A stretch of 64,000 nucleotides of DNA from Leptospirales bacterium (GCA_040326155.1 JBEQLE010000013.1:1-64000), one strand, 5' to 3'. Shown: positions 22,101-31,405, counted from the first letter of the stretch. The notes: generated from the letters alone by a model not told the origin. Translations and numbers: made by a program.

Positions 22101-22681
22101 AAGACAAGAAAACCAGGGGTATACCGATTCAAGTCATTACTGTAGATCGAAACCGATCGCTTGAAAAAAATCTTGAAATATATGATTTTCATTCTAAACC
22201 GATTGTAGATAAGGAAATTAGTCAATTATTCGAAAAAATTGAGAAAATGATAAACAGTGTTGATTCAAAAAAAACTGACAAAAAGATTGATGAAAGTGAA
22301 ATGGAACAACTTCACAATAAAAAGATTCTTCTCGTAGATGATAATATGCGAAGTGTATATGCGCTGCTTCCTTATCTTGAAGACAATAAAATGTCCGTTC
22401 AGGTAAGAACAAACGGAAAAACCGCTCTTGAATATCTACATGGAAACCCTGAAACAGATATTGTTCTTATGGACATAATGATGCCCGAAATGGATGGTTA
22501 TGAGGCAATAACAAAAATACGGGCTGATAAAAAGTTAAAAGAAATTTCAGTAATTGCAGTTACTGCCAAGGCGATGGCCGGTGAAAAAGAAAAAATACTT
22601 AAAATCGGAGCTAACGATTATATTCCAAAGCCTATTGATATAAATCTATTGTTTAAAACAATGATAAAAATGGTAAATTAA
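19193..22681 (+). CDS. Hybrid sensor histidine kinase (4HB sensor, HAMP, GAF, HisKA, HATPase, three REC)
   Basis: FLANMSHELRSPLN, NALKFT, DTGIGI, GTGLGL and three receiver domains. Confidence 0.94.
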   Translation: MSVLNKLNIRSKIIAGFAILLGSFIVFTIFGIYELNSMGEITTKLYNHPLNVSNASLRASMGVIKMHRGMKDAIIAKNDYEREIAIYTVQEEEHEVIENLNIVKDKILGNEGHLLEEETRELFLNWKPIRDEVMTLLIAGKKIEAASITKEKGAAYVRLVENKMLELTSYSRNKSNEFMNTAEKTKIRVITISIALVVFLIILMALIASIILKSILEPILSFKKTISNITETGKLSEADVPGNNEITEITKDFNKLIKWLEREIWDKDGQTMLSGAIRRESDHVAVSQSILNFLCDYLNYQVGILYLKDHNYDDTYRLMATYAYRTRNSNHSVIKNGEGLAGQAALEQKIIVFKDVPLENSSLKIESGFSDIKPHSIVVIPLIFQDNVIGIIELGSTHAIENYEYNFLKRVSEHISASLASTITNTEMAELLNLSKAQAKELSDSYENLKLQSEQLEKSEVVLKEKQKNLEEANSLLTKSSKTIQSKAFELQKSSKYKSEFLANMSHELRSPLNSIILLSQMLSENKTENLSEKQVKFAKTIYSSSTELLQLINDVLDLSKIEAGKFDLKLEPVILTDLLREIEDRFSAQFENKKIKFTTSLAKNSPDKIITDYKLLTQILNNFITNALKFTKKGLVSVTVGRPRKDEKNTKTINQNVIHPETSLAIRVTDTGIGIAPEKQDDVFGSFQQVDGTASREYEGTGLGLSIAKKLANLLNGNILLQSNPGEGSTFTLIIPEELGTTSELVVAEEADSSVDEISEPVNIKEKLLHKNKVLIIEDDESFSGIIEEIGETKNISVISATNGESGLKLAREIVPDFILLDIYLDGMTGWEVLEKLKNDKITKNIPVQILSVARVEDEEKLKDIFGYSEKPVSTAELDRIFDEIARQIQVAGITSVTQEDPEILIIDDDDEYVKLLKKEMKKRNFKFASVPNGTRGIDLARKSIPDLILLDIYLPDMNGWDIVRILKEDKKTRGIPIQVITVDRNRSLEKNLEIYDFHSKPIVDKEISQLFEKIEKMINSVDSKKTDKKIDESEMEQLHNKKILLVDDNMRSVYALLPYLEDNKMSVQVRTNGKTALEYLHGNPETDIVLMDIMMPEMDGYEAITKIRADKKLKEISVIAVTAKAMAGEKEKILKIGANDYIPKPIDINLLFKTMIKMVN

Positions 22682-22683
22682 AA

Positions 22684-24819
22684 ATGGAAAAAAATCTGCC
22701 ACTGATCTTAATCGTCGACGATAAATCCGAAAATATTATTGTATTAGAAAATCTGCTGGAAGATTTTGACGTCCGTCTTTTTTCGGCTCAATCAGGCAAC
22801 GAAGCTCTGGAGCTTTGCCTTCAGCATGACTTTTCTTTAATCATGATGGACGTTTCAATGCCCGAAATGGATGGATTTGAAGCCTCGAAATTAATTCAAA
22901 CCCGACGAGATGTTCCCATTATATTTATTACCGCTTTTGCAAAAGATTGGTCGAGCGAACTCAAAGGGTATGAAAGCGGAGCAATTGATTACATAACGAA
23001 ACCGATTGATCCGGTAATTATTAAAAGCAAAGTAAAAATTTTATTAGAGCTCAATTACAAATCTAAGGAGTTACTTCGAATTTCAGAAAAATTGTCTAGC
23101 ATAAATAGTTCACTTTTAAATGAAATAGTGGAAAGAAAACTTGCCCAGGAAAAAGTACGGAAATTTTCTTTAGCTATTGAACAAAGCCCCGTTTCCATAT
23201 TGATAACCGACATTGAAGGAAATATTGAATATATTAATTCTAAATTTTGCCATGTCACCGGATATTCCCACAATGAAGTGATGGGCAAAAACCCCCGCTT
23301 CTTAAAATCGGGAAAAATGCCACAGGAAGGTTACAAACACCTTTGGCAAAAAATTTCCAAGGGAGATACATGGACAGGGGAATTATTGAATAAAAAAAAA
23401 GATGGCGGGTTAATCTGGGAACGAACAAAGATTACTCCTATCAAAGATGGTAAAGACCAAATTACTCACTACCTGGGCGTCTATGAAGATATTACGGAAG
23501 AAAAAGCTCAAGAAGAAAAACTACTGAGAATGGCTTATTTCGACGAGCTGACTGGCCTGCCTTCGCGTTCCATGCATCTGGCCAGACTTGCCCATGAAAT
23601 ATCACGCACAAAACGTACTGAAAATAAAGTCGCTTTGTTTTTTATCGACCTCGATGGTTTTAAAAATATTAATGATATTTACGGGCACTCGTTAGGCGAC
23701 CAGTTATTGATCAGTGTAGCCGAAAGAATGAAAGAGGCAACTCGTATTTCCGATAACATAACCAGAATCGGTGGCGATGAATTTTGTGTCATAATAAGCG
23801 ATGTCCAGGTGCCTATGGAAGTCGAAACTGCGGCGAAAAGAATTATAAAAGCATTTGCAGAGCCATTTCAAATAGAACATAAAAAAATTTCAATAACGTG
23901 TAGCATTGGAATTGCCTTGTACCCTGATGATGCGGAAGATCCGGAAGATTTATATTCTAAGGCCGACACGGCAATGTACAAAGTAAAAAACAGCGGTCGT
24001 AACCACTATCAATATTTTACTCAGGAAATGAATATTGCTTTAAAAAAACGCTACCAGTATGAAAGCGCTTTAAGCACTGCTTTAAAAAATAATGAATTAA
24101 GAATGGTCTACCAGCCTATTGTTGAATTAGCCCTGCAAAAAGTAATTGGATTCGAAGCTCTACTTCGCTGGGAACATCCCTCTTTTGGTAATGTACCACC
24201 GGAACAATTTATTAAAATTGCAGAAGAGATGGGTTTAATTAATCCTATTGGTGAGTGGGTTATAGAAACAAGTTGTAAAGCAATTGCTAACATACGTGAG
24301 CAAACCGGTTACCCCTATAGCTTATCGGTAAATGTTTCAGCCCACCAGTTTCATACGGGAACTCTTTGCGCTGCAATTGAGAGTGCTCTGAAAAGAAATA
24401 AACTAGATTCGAAAACATTACAACTTGAACTAACGGAAAATATAATTATTCAAAGTCGCTCAGGCGTTTTAAAGGAGCTGGAGAAAATACAAAGTCTTGG
24501 CGTTAAACTCTGCATCGACGATTTCGGTACCGGGTATTCCTCATTGGCCTATTTAATAAAGTATTATTTTGATTTTGTTAAAATTGACAAAATGTTTATT
24601 ATGGATTATAAAAAAGGGGAAAAGCACGAGTCTTTGCTCAATGCAATTATTGGCATGGCTAACGGGATGAAAATACAATTGATCGCGGAAGGTATTGAAA
24701 CAAAGGAACAACAAAATTATTTAATTGAAAGAAACTGTACTTTTGGTCAAGGGTTTTACCTTTCAAGACCGATGGAATACGAAAACGTTCTAAAATTCAA
24801 AGGTGTAGATAACAATTAA
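22684..24819 (+). CDS. REC-PAS-GGDEF-EAL protein
   Basis: REC, PAS, DLDGFK/GGDEF, FEALLRW, DDFGTGYSSL and AEGIE. Confidence 0.94.
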   Translation: MEKNLPLILIVDDKSENIIVLENLLEDFDVRLFSAQSGNEALELCLQHDFSLIMMDVSMPEMDGFEASKLIQTRRDVPIIFITAFAKDWSSELKGYESGAIDYITKPIDPVIIKSKVKILLELNYKSKELLRISEKLSSINSSLLNEIVERKLAQEKVRKFSLAIEQSPVSILITDIEGNIEYINSKFCHVTGYSHNEVMGKNPRFLKSGKMPQEGYKHLWQKISKGDTWTGELLNKKKDGGLIWERTKITPIKDGKDQITHYLGVYEDITEEKAQEEKLLRMAYFDELTGLPSRSMHLARLAHEISRTKRTENKVALFFIDLDGFKNINDIYGHSLGDQLLISVAERMKEATRISDNITRIGGDEFCVIISDVQVPMEVETAAKRIIKAFAEPFQIEHKKISITCSIGIALYPDDAEDPEDLYSKADTAMYKVKNSGRNHYQYFTQEMNIALKKRYQYESALSTALKNNELRMVYQPIVELALQKVIGFEALLRWEHPSFGNVPPEQFIKIAEEMGLINPIGEWVIETSCKAIANIREQTGYPYSLSVNVSAHQFHTGTLCAAIESALKRNKLDSKTLQLELTENIIIQSRSGVLKELEKIQSLGVKLCIDDFGTGYSSLAYLIKYYFDFVKIDKMFIMDYKKGEKHESLLNAIIGMANGMKIQLIAEGIETKEQQNYLIERNCTFGQGFYLSRPMEYENVLKFKGVDNN

Positions 24820-24840
24820 TACGCTTTTCAAATTATCTAT

Positions 24841-24972
24841 GTGGAGAGAATCAGGTGTATGAAGGAAGCCGGTTTTCAATCGGCCCGGGCTCATGATGCC
24901 ATGACCCTTGAAAAAGATGGAAACAAATACAGCCTGTTTTTAGCAGTCGCGATTCGACCGGGGGCGCCTTAA
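24841..24972 (+). pseudogene. Possible C-terminal remnant of a SAM-dependent methyltransferase
   Basis: Short frame ...MKEAGFQSARAHDAMTLEKDGNKYSLFLAVAIRPGAP* resembles class I methyltransferase C-termini. No N-terminal part is present. Confidence 0.35.
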
Positions 24973-24995
24973 ACTCACTGAGCTCTATGAAAACC

Positions 24996-26471
24996 CTATA
25001 CGATCGACTGCTTTAAAATTCTATAGAGCTCAACCATGACAAAAGTATCTGTCTTGCAATATTCTTTTAAAGCGTTTTCCCAAAATACAATTTCTTCCCG
25101 GTCTTTCATAAATCGTATGGATTCGTAAACCCGAGCCGCCTCACCGCCATGCCTTACAGGTAGATTTTTATAAGAAATATTCTTAAAAAGACCGGGTGTA
25201 ATTTTTTTTATAGAATAAGAACCGTTCATTGCGGGGTGGTAATAGTCTCTTTTTCGAAACGGTTTTGAAAAATCTACCAGCCGCTCCAGTATGTTTTCTA
25301 TTTGATCATTATATTCAGGAAGAAAGTGTTTCAGTTCATTTAGCGTTGCCCGCTCAAGTTCATCCCCGTAAATTAAAACCGTACCAGATGCGCCCAGATC
25401 ATTACACAATTGTTTCAGCAATTCTTTTCTCGGATCCCCTTCCGGTGCGGCAAGAAAATAGGAATGATCCACTTCACCATCCGGGCGAGGCAATGAATGC
25501 AGAGAGTATTGAAAAGGAATAAACTGAAAAGGGTTTGTATTTTCAAAAATAGGTACAGGAGGGCAAAATGCTTCAAAGTCAAGAAAATAAACAGGAAACA
25601 CCAGATTATCAATAATTTTTTGTATCTCCTTTTTATCAATGAAGGGGCGATTATTTTGAAATGTTTGAACCTGAAATTGTTGCGCCTCGTTTAATCCTGC
25701 TTCGGTATCTAGATCAATGTCATTCAAAGAGACAATTCCTTTACTGAATAGTTCAAACTGTTTTTGTTTATCCATTCCTGCAATATTGAACACTGAATCA
25801 TCTGGAATATTTTTCCAGCAGTGGTTCTGAAAATAACATGGGTACGGATAATAGCAGTGCGGTCCGATTTCTATATGCGGGGCTTTATTTTGTTTCAAAA
25901 TTTCTGGCAGCGGATCTGCCAATAGAGAAACCATATCTTGCATCTCTTGTATGCGGGTTGTGACATTTCGAACCGATAGCATGCTTTCAGGTTCGAAAGA
26001 TTCCCCCAGGGTGTATTTTTTATTTACGTAAAGAATATGTATGGAATCAATTTTGAAATCTGCCCGCTGGGCGACGTACCAGGCATAGGAGGAAGCAAGA
26101 AAGTGTGCGGGAAGAATTCTCGATGAAGTTTTTAGAGTATAACACTCTGTTCGATTTTTGCTCTTACGAACAATATCAAAAAACGAACGAAAATCTTCAC
26201 TGGCAAATTTCACATTGAAGTCGACTTGAACATTACTTTGATTTTCGGTATCAAAAAGCGGTAGCAACCGCGCCAGGGCGAAAAGCTTAGCGCGAGACGG
26301 TTCAATAGAAATCGAATCAATCTTTCTGGTTTCTTTCAACTCAGAATTATATTTTTCCATGAAACCCCAGAGAGAGCATTGGGCGCTTTTCAAAAATAGA
26401 GAAGTACTGATTTTCTGATAACGGCTGCCTGAGTCGGCAAAGTTGTTTGGCTTTTCCGTGTTTTTCGGCAT
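24996..26471 (-). CDS. DUF2779-domain protein (Cas4/PD-(D/E)xK-like N-terminus, RNase H-like C-terminus)
   Basis: CYYPYPCYFQNHC, YFLDFEA, IPFQYSLH, GSYSIK and EYCKTDT. ATG at 26471 lies just after the upstream stop. Confidence 0.85.
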   Translation of the reverse strand: MPKNTEKPNNFADSGSRYQKISTSLFLKSAQCSLWGFMEKYNSELKETRKIDSISIEPSRAKLFALARLLPLFDTENQSNVQVDFNVKFASEDFRSFFDIVRKSKNRTECYTLKTSSRILPAHFLASSYAWYVAQRADFKIDSIHILYVNKKYTLGESFEPESMLSVRNVTTRIQEMQDMVSLLADPLPEILKQNKAPHIEIGPHCYYPYPCYFQNHCWKNIPDDSVFNIAGMDKQKQFELFSKGIVSLNDIDLDTEAGLNEAQQFQVQTFQNNRPFIDKKEIQKIIDNLVFPVYFLDFEAFCPPVPIFENTNPFQFIPFQYSLHSLPRPDGEVDHSYFLAAPEGDPRKELLKQLCNDLGASGTVLIYGDELERATLNELKHFLPEYNDQIENILERLVDFSKPFRKRDYYHPAMNGSYSIKKITPGLFKNISYKNLPVRHGGEAARVYESIRFMKDREEIVFWENALKEYCKTDTFVMVELYRILKQSIV

Positions 26472-26473
26472 AA

Positions 26474-29416
26474 CTAGAATTCGTATCCGATGGAAAAGAC
26501 CCCCTGCCATTTCGATAGTGGTCGTATTTTTTGAAGGTCCCAGGGAGTGGCCCAATCAATTTTCAATAAAATTCCAGGCATTAAAACCATTCGAATACCA
26601 AAACCTAGAGACATTTTCAAATCTTGAAGCGCTCCGGTTTTTGAATTTACCATTTTCCAGCCTTTGGCACTGTCGTATGCGGACCCCATATCAAGAAATA
26701 GAACGCCACTAAACCCGCGTATGGCCCACGGACCGGGAAAACCAAACACCAGATAGTCAAGAAAAGGAAAACGTAATTCCAGGTTCGTCATAAAAAAGTT
26801 ATCACCTTGCATACTGATAAAATTATAACCACGAATAGTATTATATCCGCCAATCAACCAGGGGAAATAATCTTTTTCATTTCCCGTTACGACGCCACCC
26901 ATGACGCGAACCGTAAATACATAACGTTCAAAAAATAGAAAATACTTTCTTACATCTGCCTGCACACGGTTGAATACATAATCTGAACCTGAGAAATCAA
27001 AAGTTTGCTCTACGGAGAGAGCCGCATGCCACCCCTTTAAAGGACCAAAATAGGAATACAGAACATTGTTGAACAATATGGATGCCTGTAAACTGTAAAG
27101 ATCCGTATGTATATCTTTCCTGGCAAATTTCTCTTTTAAATTTGGGTAAAAAGTTTCATCGTATCTGGAGACTTCTGCGCCAACATTTGCACTCAAAAAA
27201 GGAGTAATCGGATAAGATCCCATCGCATAACCTCCAACTTTCATTAAGGAAAGCGAATATCCGTAGGGATTATATAAAAAATCATTTATGGATGTTAAAT
27301 CAAGGTAGTTTAAAATACTAAAATAATTATTTGACTTATACGCGCCCGCAGACCAATTCATTCTGTTTTTCTTGTAGGCATATTCAATATTCAGATTGGG
27401 ACTTACCTTCGGGTTAAAATAGTCAGCATAAACTTCCACGACATGGTCACCCAGATAATCCGAAAAAACAGAATATATAAAACCGCCGAATTGGGAATTA
27501 TTCGACCATTGCAAACCAAAAAACATGAAATCGGGGGAAAATTTTATGCTGGCTTTTTCTACCTTAAAAGAGTCGAGATTAAGCGAGTACGCCGGAAAAA
27601 CGGTATCGGGAAAAATCATTTTTTCAAAACCGATCTCAGGGTAATCGTTTTCAGCGAAATTCTCTTCCCGAATTCCCACATCATAACCCATGCTTCGGTA
27701 GAGCGCAAAAACAATTTTATGGCCCGTCTGGTCTATATCAACATTGGTTATTCCGCCTTGTGTGTCGGTTAACTCTTGAATTCGATTGTCTGTCCGATCA
27801 TACAAATAAGCATTGGGAACCCCTGTGTGGTTTGAAATAAACAAAACTTTGTTATCATCTTTTCCTGTAAACCTGGGATTGCGTTGTACGCCTTCGAGTT
27901 CTATAATTACCTTTTTCTCTGTAGATTCCATATCATACGAAAATATATTATAATCACGACTTTCAAAGATCCCTTCTTCATTTTCATTACTGGAATAAAT
28001 CAGGGTTTTATTGTCTTGCGTTAACCTCGGATCTTTTTCGGTAAACTTATTATTTGTTAAACGCCTTGTTTTTGAAGTTTCTAAATCAAGAATAAAAATA
28101 TCGGGAACGGCTCGAATGGTACCCAAAAAAACGGCTTTTTTCCCATCCGGTGAAAGAGACGGGTATTGAATCATGTCAGCCTCGGGAGTCCAGGATTTCA
28201 CAATTTTCCTTTTTTCAAGATTAAATAGATAGAGACGATCTTTACCCTGACTTCTAGCGCAAAAGAAAATATTTTTTGAATCTGGTGTAAAAGTAATTCG
28301 ATTATCGAGTAGATGCAATTGGTAAACCCGGGCATTATCGCCGGCATGAAGCAGAATTTTTTCTTTGGATGGCTTATCGTCAGACTGGTCTTTAGGTTTG
28401 CCAAAGATGTTCGATTGAATCGAATAGTCAGCTTTTTTTGCAGCTGCGTTTGCATCACGAATTACAATTACTTCTTCATATTTTCGAATGGTAATATAAA
28501 CGACCTTTTTACCATCCGGGGAAATAGCAGGATGTAAATTTAACCAGCTACGATCTTCAAAATGACGGGTCAGAACTTTCGATTCTTCCAGTTCACTCTT
28601 TTTTGTTATGTATGGAAAATATTTCCGTTTCACCCAAAGCAGCCAAAGCCGGTCCAGTTCTTCGAGGCTCATTCCAAAATTAGTTTTTATAGCGTCATTA
28701 AATGACTTTTGGTCGCGTATATCTCGCAGCAATTCACCGATTTTCGCTTCGCCATAAGTTTCCGCTAAAAAGCGAACGACTGCCTGCCCCCCTTTATAAA
28801 AAATAAACTGGCTCATGACCCGCCCATTTGTCATATCAACTAAAGTGGGAGTCCACCCTTTCAACACGGCGTCTCTCATTACCATTTCAGCCATAGGGTC
28901 CCAGCCCAATGAAAAATATTCAGCCGACCCTTCAATTAACCATAATGGAGCGCGGTTGCCGGAAGGAACTCCAAAAACGGACCCTGCTGAACTGTTCAAT
29001 AAAATATCAAACTGAAAGGAGTGTACAAGCTCATGGGTAATTACATGACGAAATTCATCGTAACTTCCCAGAAAAGGAATCGCGACTCTTTTTTTTATCG
29101 GCTCGGTAAAACCGCCAATACCTTCATCAATATGAGAATATATAATATTGGTGGATTGAAAATGTGTGTGAGAAGGGTAGATATAAATAGGAACGACTTC
29201 GGTGAGATTATGATTTAACCGTTTGCTGAGAACAATGTTAGCTTGTTCTGCATAGCCCATTGCAATTTCGCCAAGGCTCTCATAATTAGCGGGAAAATGA
29301 ATATCAAAGTGTTCACTGTGAATGACCTTCCATTGGATAGGTTCCCAAGTGACTTTACCGCCCCTGGCATTTAATGACGAGGCGGTTAATAATAAAATGA
29401 CAAAAACTCGTTTCAA
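26474..29416 (-). CDS. Peptidase MA (HExxH) + TolB/PD40 propeller + Omp85/BamA-type barrel protein
   Basis: HELVH...WLIEGSAEY, PAISPDGKK and PSLSPDGKK repeats, IGGYNTIRGY, NLELRFP, FLDMG and a terminal F. Confidence 0.88.
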   Translation of the reverse strand: MKRVFVILLLTASSLNARGGKVTWEPIQWKVIHSEHFDIHFPANYESLGEIAMGYAEQANIVLSKRLNHNLTEVVPIYIYPSHTHFQSTNIIYSHIDEGIGGFTEPIKKRVAIPFLGSYDEFRHVITHELVHSFQFDILLNSSAGSVFGVPSGNRAPLWLIEGSAEYFSLGWDPMAEMVMRDAVLKGWTPTLVDMTNGRVMSQFIFYKGGQAVVRFLAETYGEAKIGELLRDIRDQKSFNDAIKTNFGMSLEELDRLWLLWVKRKYFPYITKKSELEESKVLTRHFEDRSWLNLHPAISPDGKKVVYITIRKYEEVIVIRDANAAAKKADYSIQSNIFGKPKDQSDDKPSKEKILLHAGDNARVYQLHLLDNRITFTPDSKNIFFCARSQGKDRLYLFNLEKRKIVKSWTPEADMIQYPSLSPDGKKAVFLGTIRAVPDIFILDLETSKTRRLTNNKFTEKDPRLTQDNKTLIYSSNENEEGIFESRDYNIFSYDMESTEKKVIIELEGVQRNPRFTGKDDNKVLFISNHTGVPNAYLYDRTDNRIQELTDTQGGITNVDIDQTGHKIVFALYRSMGYDVGIREENFAENDYPEIGFEKMIFPDTVFPAYSLNLDSFKVEKASIKFSPDFMFFGLQWSNNSQFGGFIYSVFSDYLGDHVVEVYADYFNPKVSPNLNIEYAYKKNRMNWSAGAYKSNNYFSILNYLDLTSINDFLYNPYGYSLSLMKVGGYAMGSYPITPFLSANVGAEVSRYDETFYPNLKEKFARKDIHTDLYSLQASILFNNVLYSYFGPLKGWHAALSVEQTFDFSGSDYVFNRVQADVRKYFLFFERYVFTVRVMGGVVTGNEKDYFPWLIGGYNTIRGYNFISMQGDNFFMTNLELRFPFLDYLVFGFPGPWAIRGFSGVLFLDMGSAYDSAKGWKMVNSKTGALQDLKMSLGFGIRMVLMPGILLKIDWATPWDLQKIRPLSKWQGVFSIGYEF

Positions 29417-29438
29417 TGTTAAGTACCGTAATCGGTTA

Positions 29439-29466
29439 ATAGTACCGATTTTGGTAACGCCGTCAA
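29439..29466 (-). promoter_or_regulatory. Putative sigma70 promoter of the Omp85 fusion gene, overlapped by an inverted repeat
   Basis: Minus strand TTGACG-16-TACTAT, with AATCGGT-N7-ACCGATT at 29430-29450. Confidence 0.45.
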
Positions 29467-29483
29467 GCCTTTGCCACTTATAT

Positions 29484-29969
29484 TTATTTTTTCGGAGCTA
29501 CCGGGCCAGGATACTCAAAAGGTTCATCCCTGATTTCAAGCAATTCGATATCAAATTGCAGGGTCGCATCAGCAGATACAATATTTCCAAGTCCACATCT
29601 GCCATAAGCAAGATGAGGGGGAATAATTAACTTTCTGGAGCCGCCTACTCGCATACCTTCAATGCCCTGGTTCCACCCTTTTATTAACTCTTTTTGACCA
29701 AGATTAAAGCCTAGTGGCTTCTTTGATTTTCGAGAATCGTCAAAAATCTGCCCGTTGTCTAAAGTGCCAACATAGTGAACAACAATTGCATCGCCGCTTT
29801 TCGCCTGTTTTCCACTTCCGGTCGTAAGATCAATAATTTGAAGCTTTTGAGCATTTTCCGGAGGTACATCCGGAACACAGGGGCCCTGCTTATTTTCAGG
29901 CCTTGTGCAAAACATGGAAGTAGCCGCTAATATAGTTATAAATACAAATGTAGTTTTATTGATACGCAT
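29484..29969 (-). CDS. FKBP-type peptidyl-prolyl isomerase, probable lipoprotein
   Basis: VHYVGTL, FDDS, IKGWNQGI, IPPHLAYG and LQFDIELL. Cys follows a hydrophobic leader. Confidence 0.93.
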   Translation of the reverse strand: MRINKTTFVFITILAATSMFCTRPENKQGPCVPDVPPENAQKLQIIDLTTGSGKQAKSGDAIVVHYVGTLDNGQIFDDSRKSKKPLGFNLGQKELIKGWNQGIEGMRVGGSRKLIIPPHLAYGRCGLGNIVSADATLQFDIELLEIRDEPFEYPGPVAPKK

Positions 29970-30011
29970 TTAATTCTCCTTAAAGTTTTCGGTATATCAT
30001 AATTCCTTTAT

Positions 30012-30542
30012 TCACCAGTCAATACCTTTCTGTGCCGGTATTCCTTTTTCTTTAAATGGATGCTTTATATTCTTCATCTCCGTAACCAGGTCGGCAGCTT
30101 CCATAAGTTGGGATGACGCATTTCGTCCAGTCAATACGACATGCAACCCGACAGGTTTCTTCTTTATGTAATCAATTACTTTCTCTTCAGACAAAAATCC
30201 ATAATCCATTGTATAGACAATTTCATCCAGAACAACAAGATTGTATTTACCCGACTCCATTACCTGCACAGCTTTTTCCCATGCTTGTTCAGCCGAGTCA
30301 ATATCCTTCTGCCTGTCTTTGGTTTCCCATGTAAAACCAGCTCCCATAGTGAAAACGTCAAGACCATCCAGTTTTTTTGCAAGCAAAACTTCACCGTATG
30401 TAAACCTGCCCGTACCTTTCATAAATTGGACTATGGCGGCGCTTTTCCCGTGAGCAACCATACGCAAAGCCATACCAAACGCTGCGCTTGATTTTCCTTT
30501 CCCTTTCCCGGTGTGAACAATAATCAAAGATTTATCTTTCAT
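30012..30542 (-). CDS. cobO: Cob(I)yrinic acid a,c-diamide adenosyltransferase
   Basis: TGKGKGKSSAAFG, VQFMKG, GFTW, LDEI, LTGR and VTEM...KHP...AQKGI. Confidence 0.95.
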   Translation of the reverse strand: MKDKSLIIVHTGKGKGKSSAAFGMALRMVAHGKSAAIVQFMKGTGRFTYGEVLLAKKLDGLDVFTMGAGFTWETKDRQKDIDSAEQAWEKAVQVMESGKYNLVVLDEIVYTMDYGFLSEEKVIDYIKKKPVGLHVVLTGRNASSQLMEAADLVTEMKNIKHPFKEKGIPAQKGIDW

Positions 30543-31405
30543 GCGCTCCTTCCATACCAGGTTGCAACATGATCCAGATTTTTTGGGAAAAGGAACTGGG
30601 GTAGAGCGAATTGCCAGCTTCCATGATTGCCCTGTTCTTTAGCTGCCTCTGTGAAATGACACATTGCTATACCCATGTCAATTCTTTGTATATCGTAAAT
30701 ATTGAAAAACTTGTGAAATTCTTTTATTCTTTTCTTTCGCAATAAAAAGAAATGAAATACATCTCGGTTCATTTCTTTTATTATACGCCAGGGTTGTATA
30801 TTGGAACTCGATGGTGCCATGCGGAGCATTTCAAGCGGTATGGCGTATTGACCCGCTTCAGATTCGGTTAATGGCCTATCCATGTTGTCTAGAAAAAAAA
30901 GAGACTTCCAGGGTTTTCTTTTTTTCGATTGTACGGACCACTTGATAATTGCATTCAATGTCCCTTCATATGGTTCGGCGACACCTATGGCTGCTATTGC
31001 CGGTATAATATCCCCTGTATTATTATTGACCTTGTTATGAAAATACCTCTTCCGAAAACTTCCCCCCACCCAACAGGTTTGTATATCCAAAGAAGTGGCA
31101 TAAAGTACTATAAGTTCCATTAAATAACCCAGATCTTCAAAATTCATTTTCCCCGACTCCGAGGTAGAACTTACAATCCAATTGCGCGCTCCATGAATAA
31201 ATCCATACGTCCCTTGTTTATAAAAATTCCGGATGTCCAGATCGGTTTGTACAAAATAAAATTTGCATTTATTCCCAAATGGCCCCTCGGGCAAATGGTT
31301 TGCAAAATTCTGCAATTTAGCGATTACGCTATTCGTTAATGGTTGACTGTTAAAATTTCGATATGACTTTCTTTGTTTGATAATTTTAGTGATGTCAGGC
31401 AACAT
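30539..31405 (-). CDS. Nitroreductase-family protein (TM1586-like duplicated domain)
   Basis: RKSYRNF, TCWVGG, APSSSNIQPW and IDMGIAMCHF. Overlaps the cobO start by 4 bp. Confidence 0.88.
   Translation of the reverse strand: MLPDITKIIKQRKSYRNFNSQPLTNSVIAKLQNFANHLPEGPFGNKCKFYFVQTDLDIRNFYKQGTYGFIHGARNWIVSSTSESGKMNFEDLGYLMELIVLYATSLDIQTCWVGGSFRKRYFHNKVNNNTGDIIPAIAAIGVAEPYEGTLNAIIKWSVQSKKRKPWKSLFFLDNMDRPLTESEAGQYAIPLEMLRMAPSSSNIQPWRIIKEMNRDVFHFFLLRKKRIKEFHKFFNIYDIQRIDMGIAMCHFTEAAKEQGNHGSWQFALPQFLFPKNLDHVATWYGRSA

Noticed and set aside
24996..26471. CRISPR-associated Cas4
   Set aside because: There is no array or other cas gene, and the architecture fits DUF2779.
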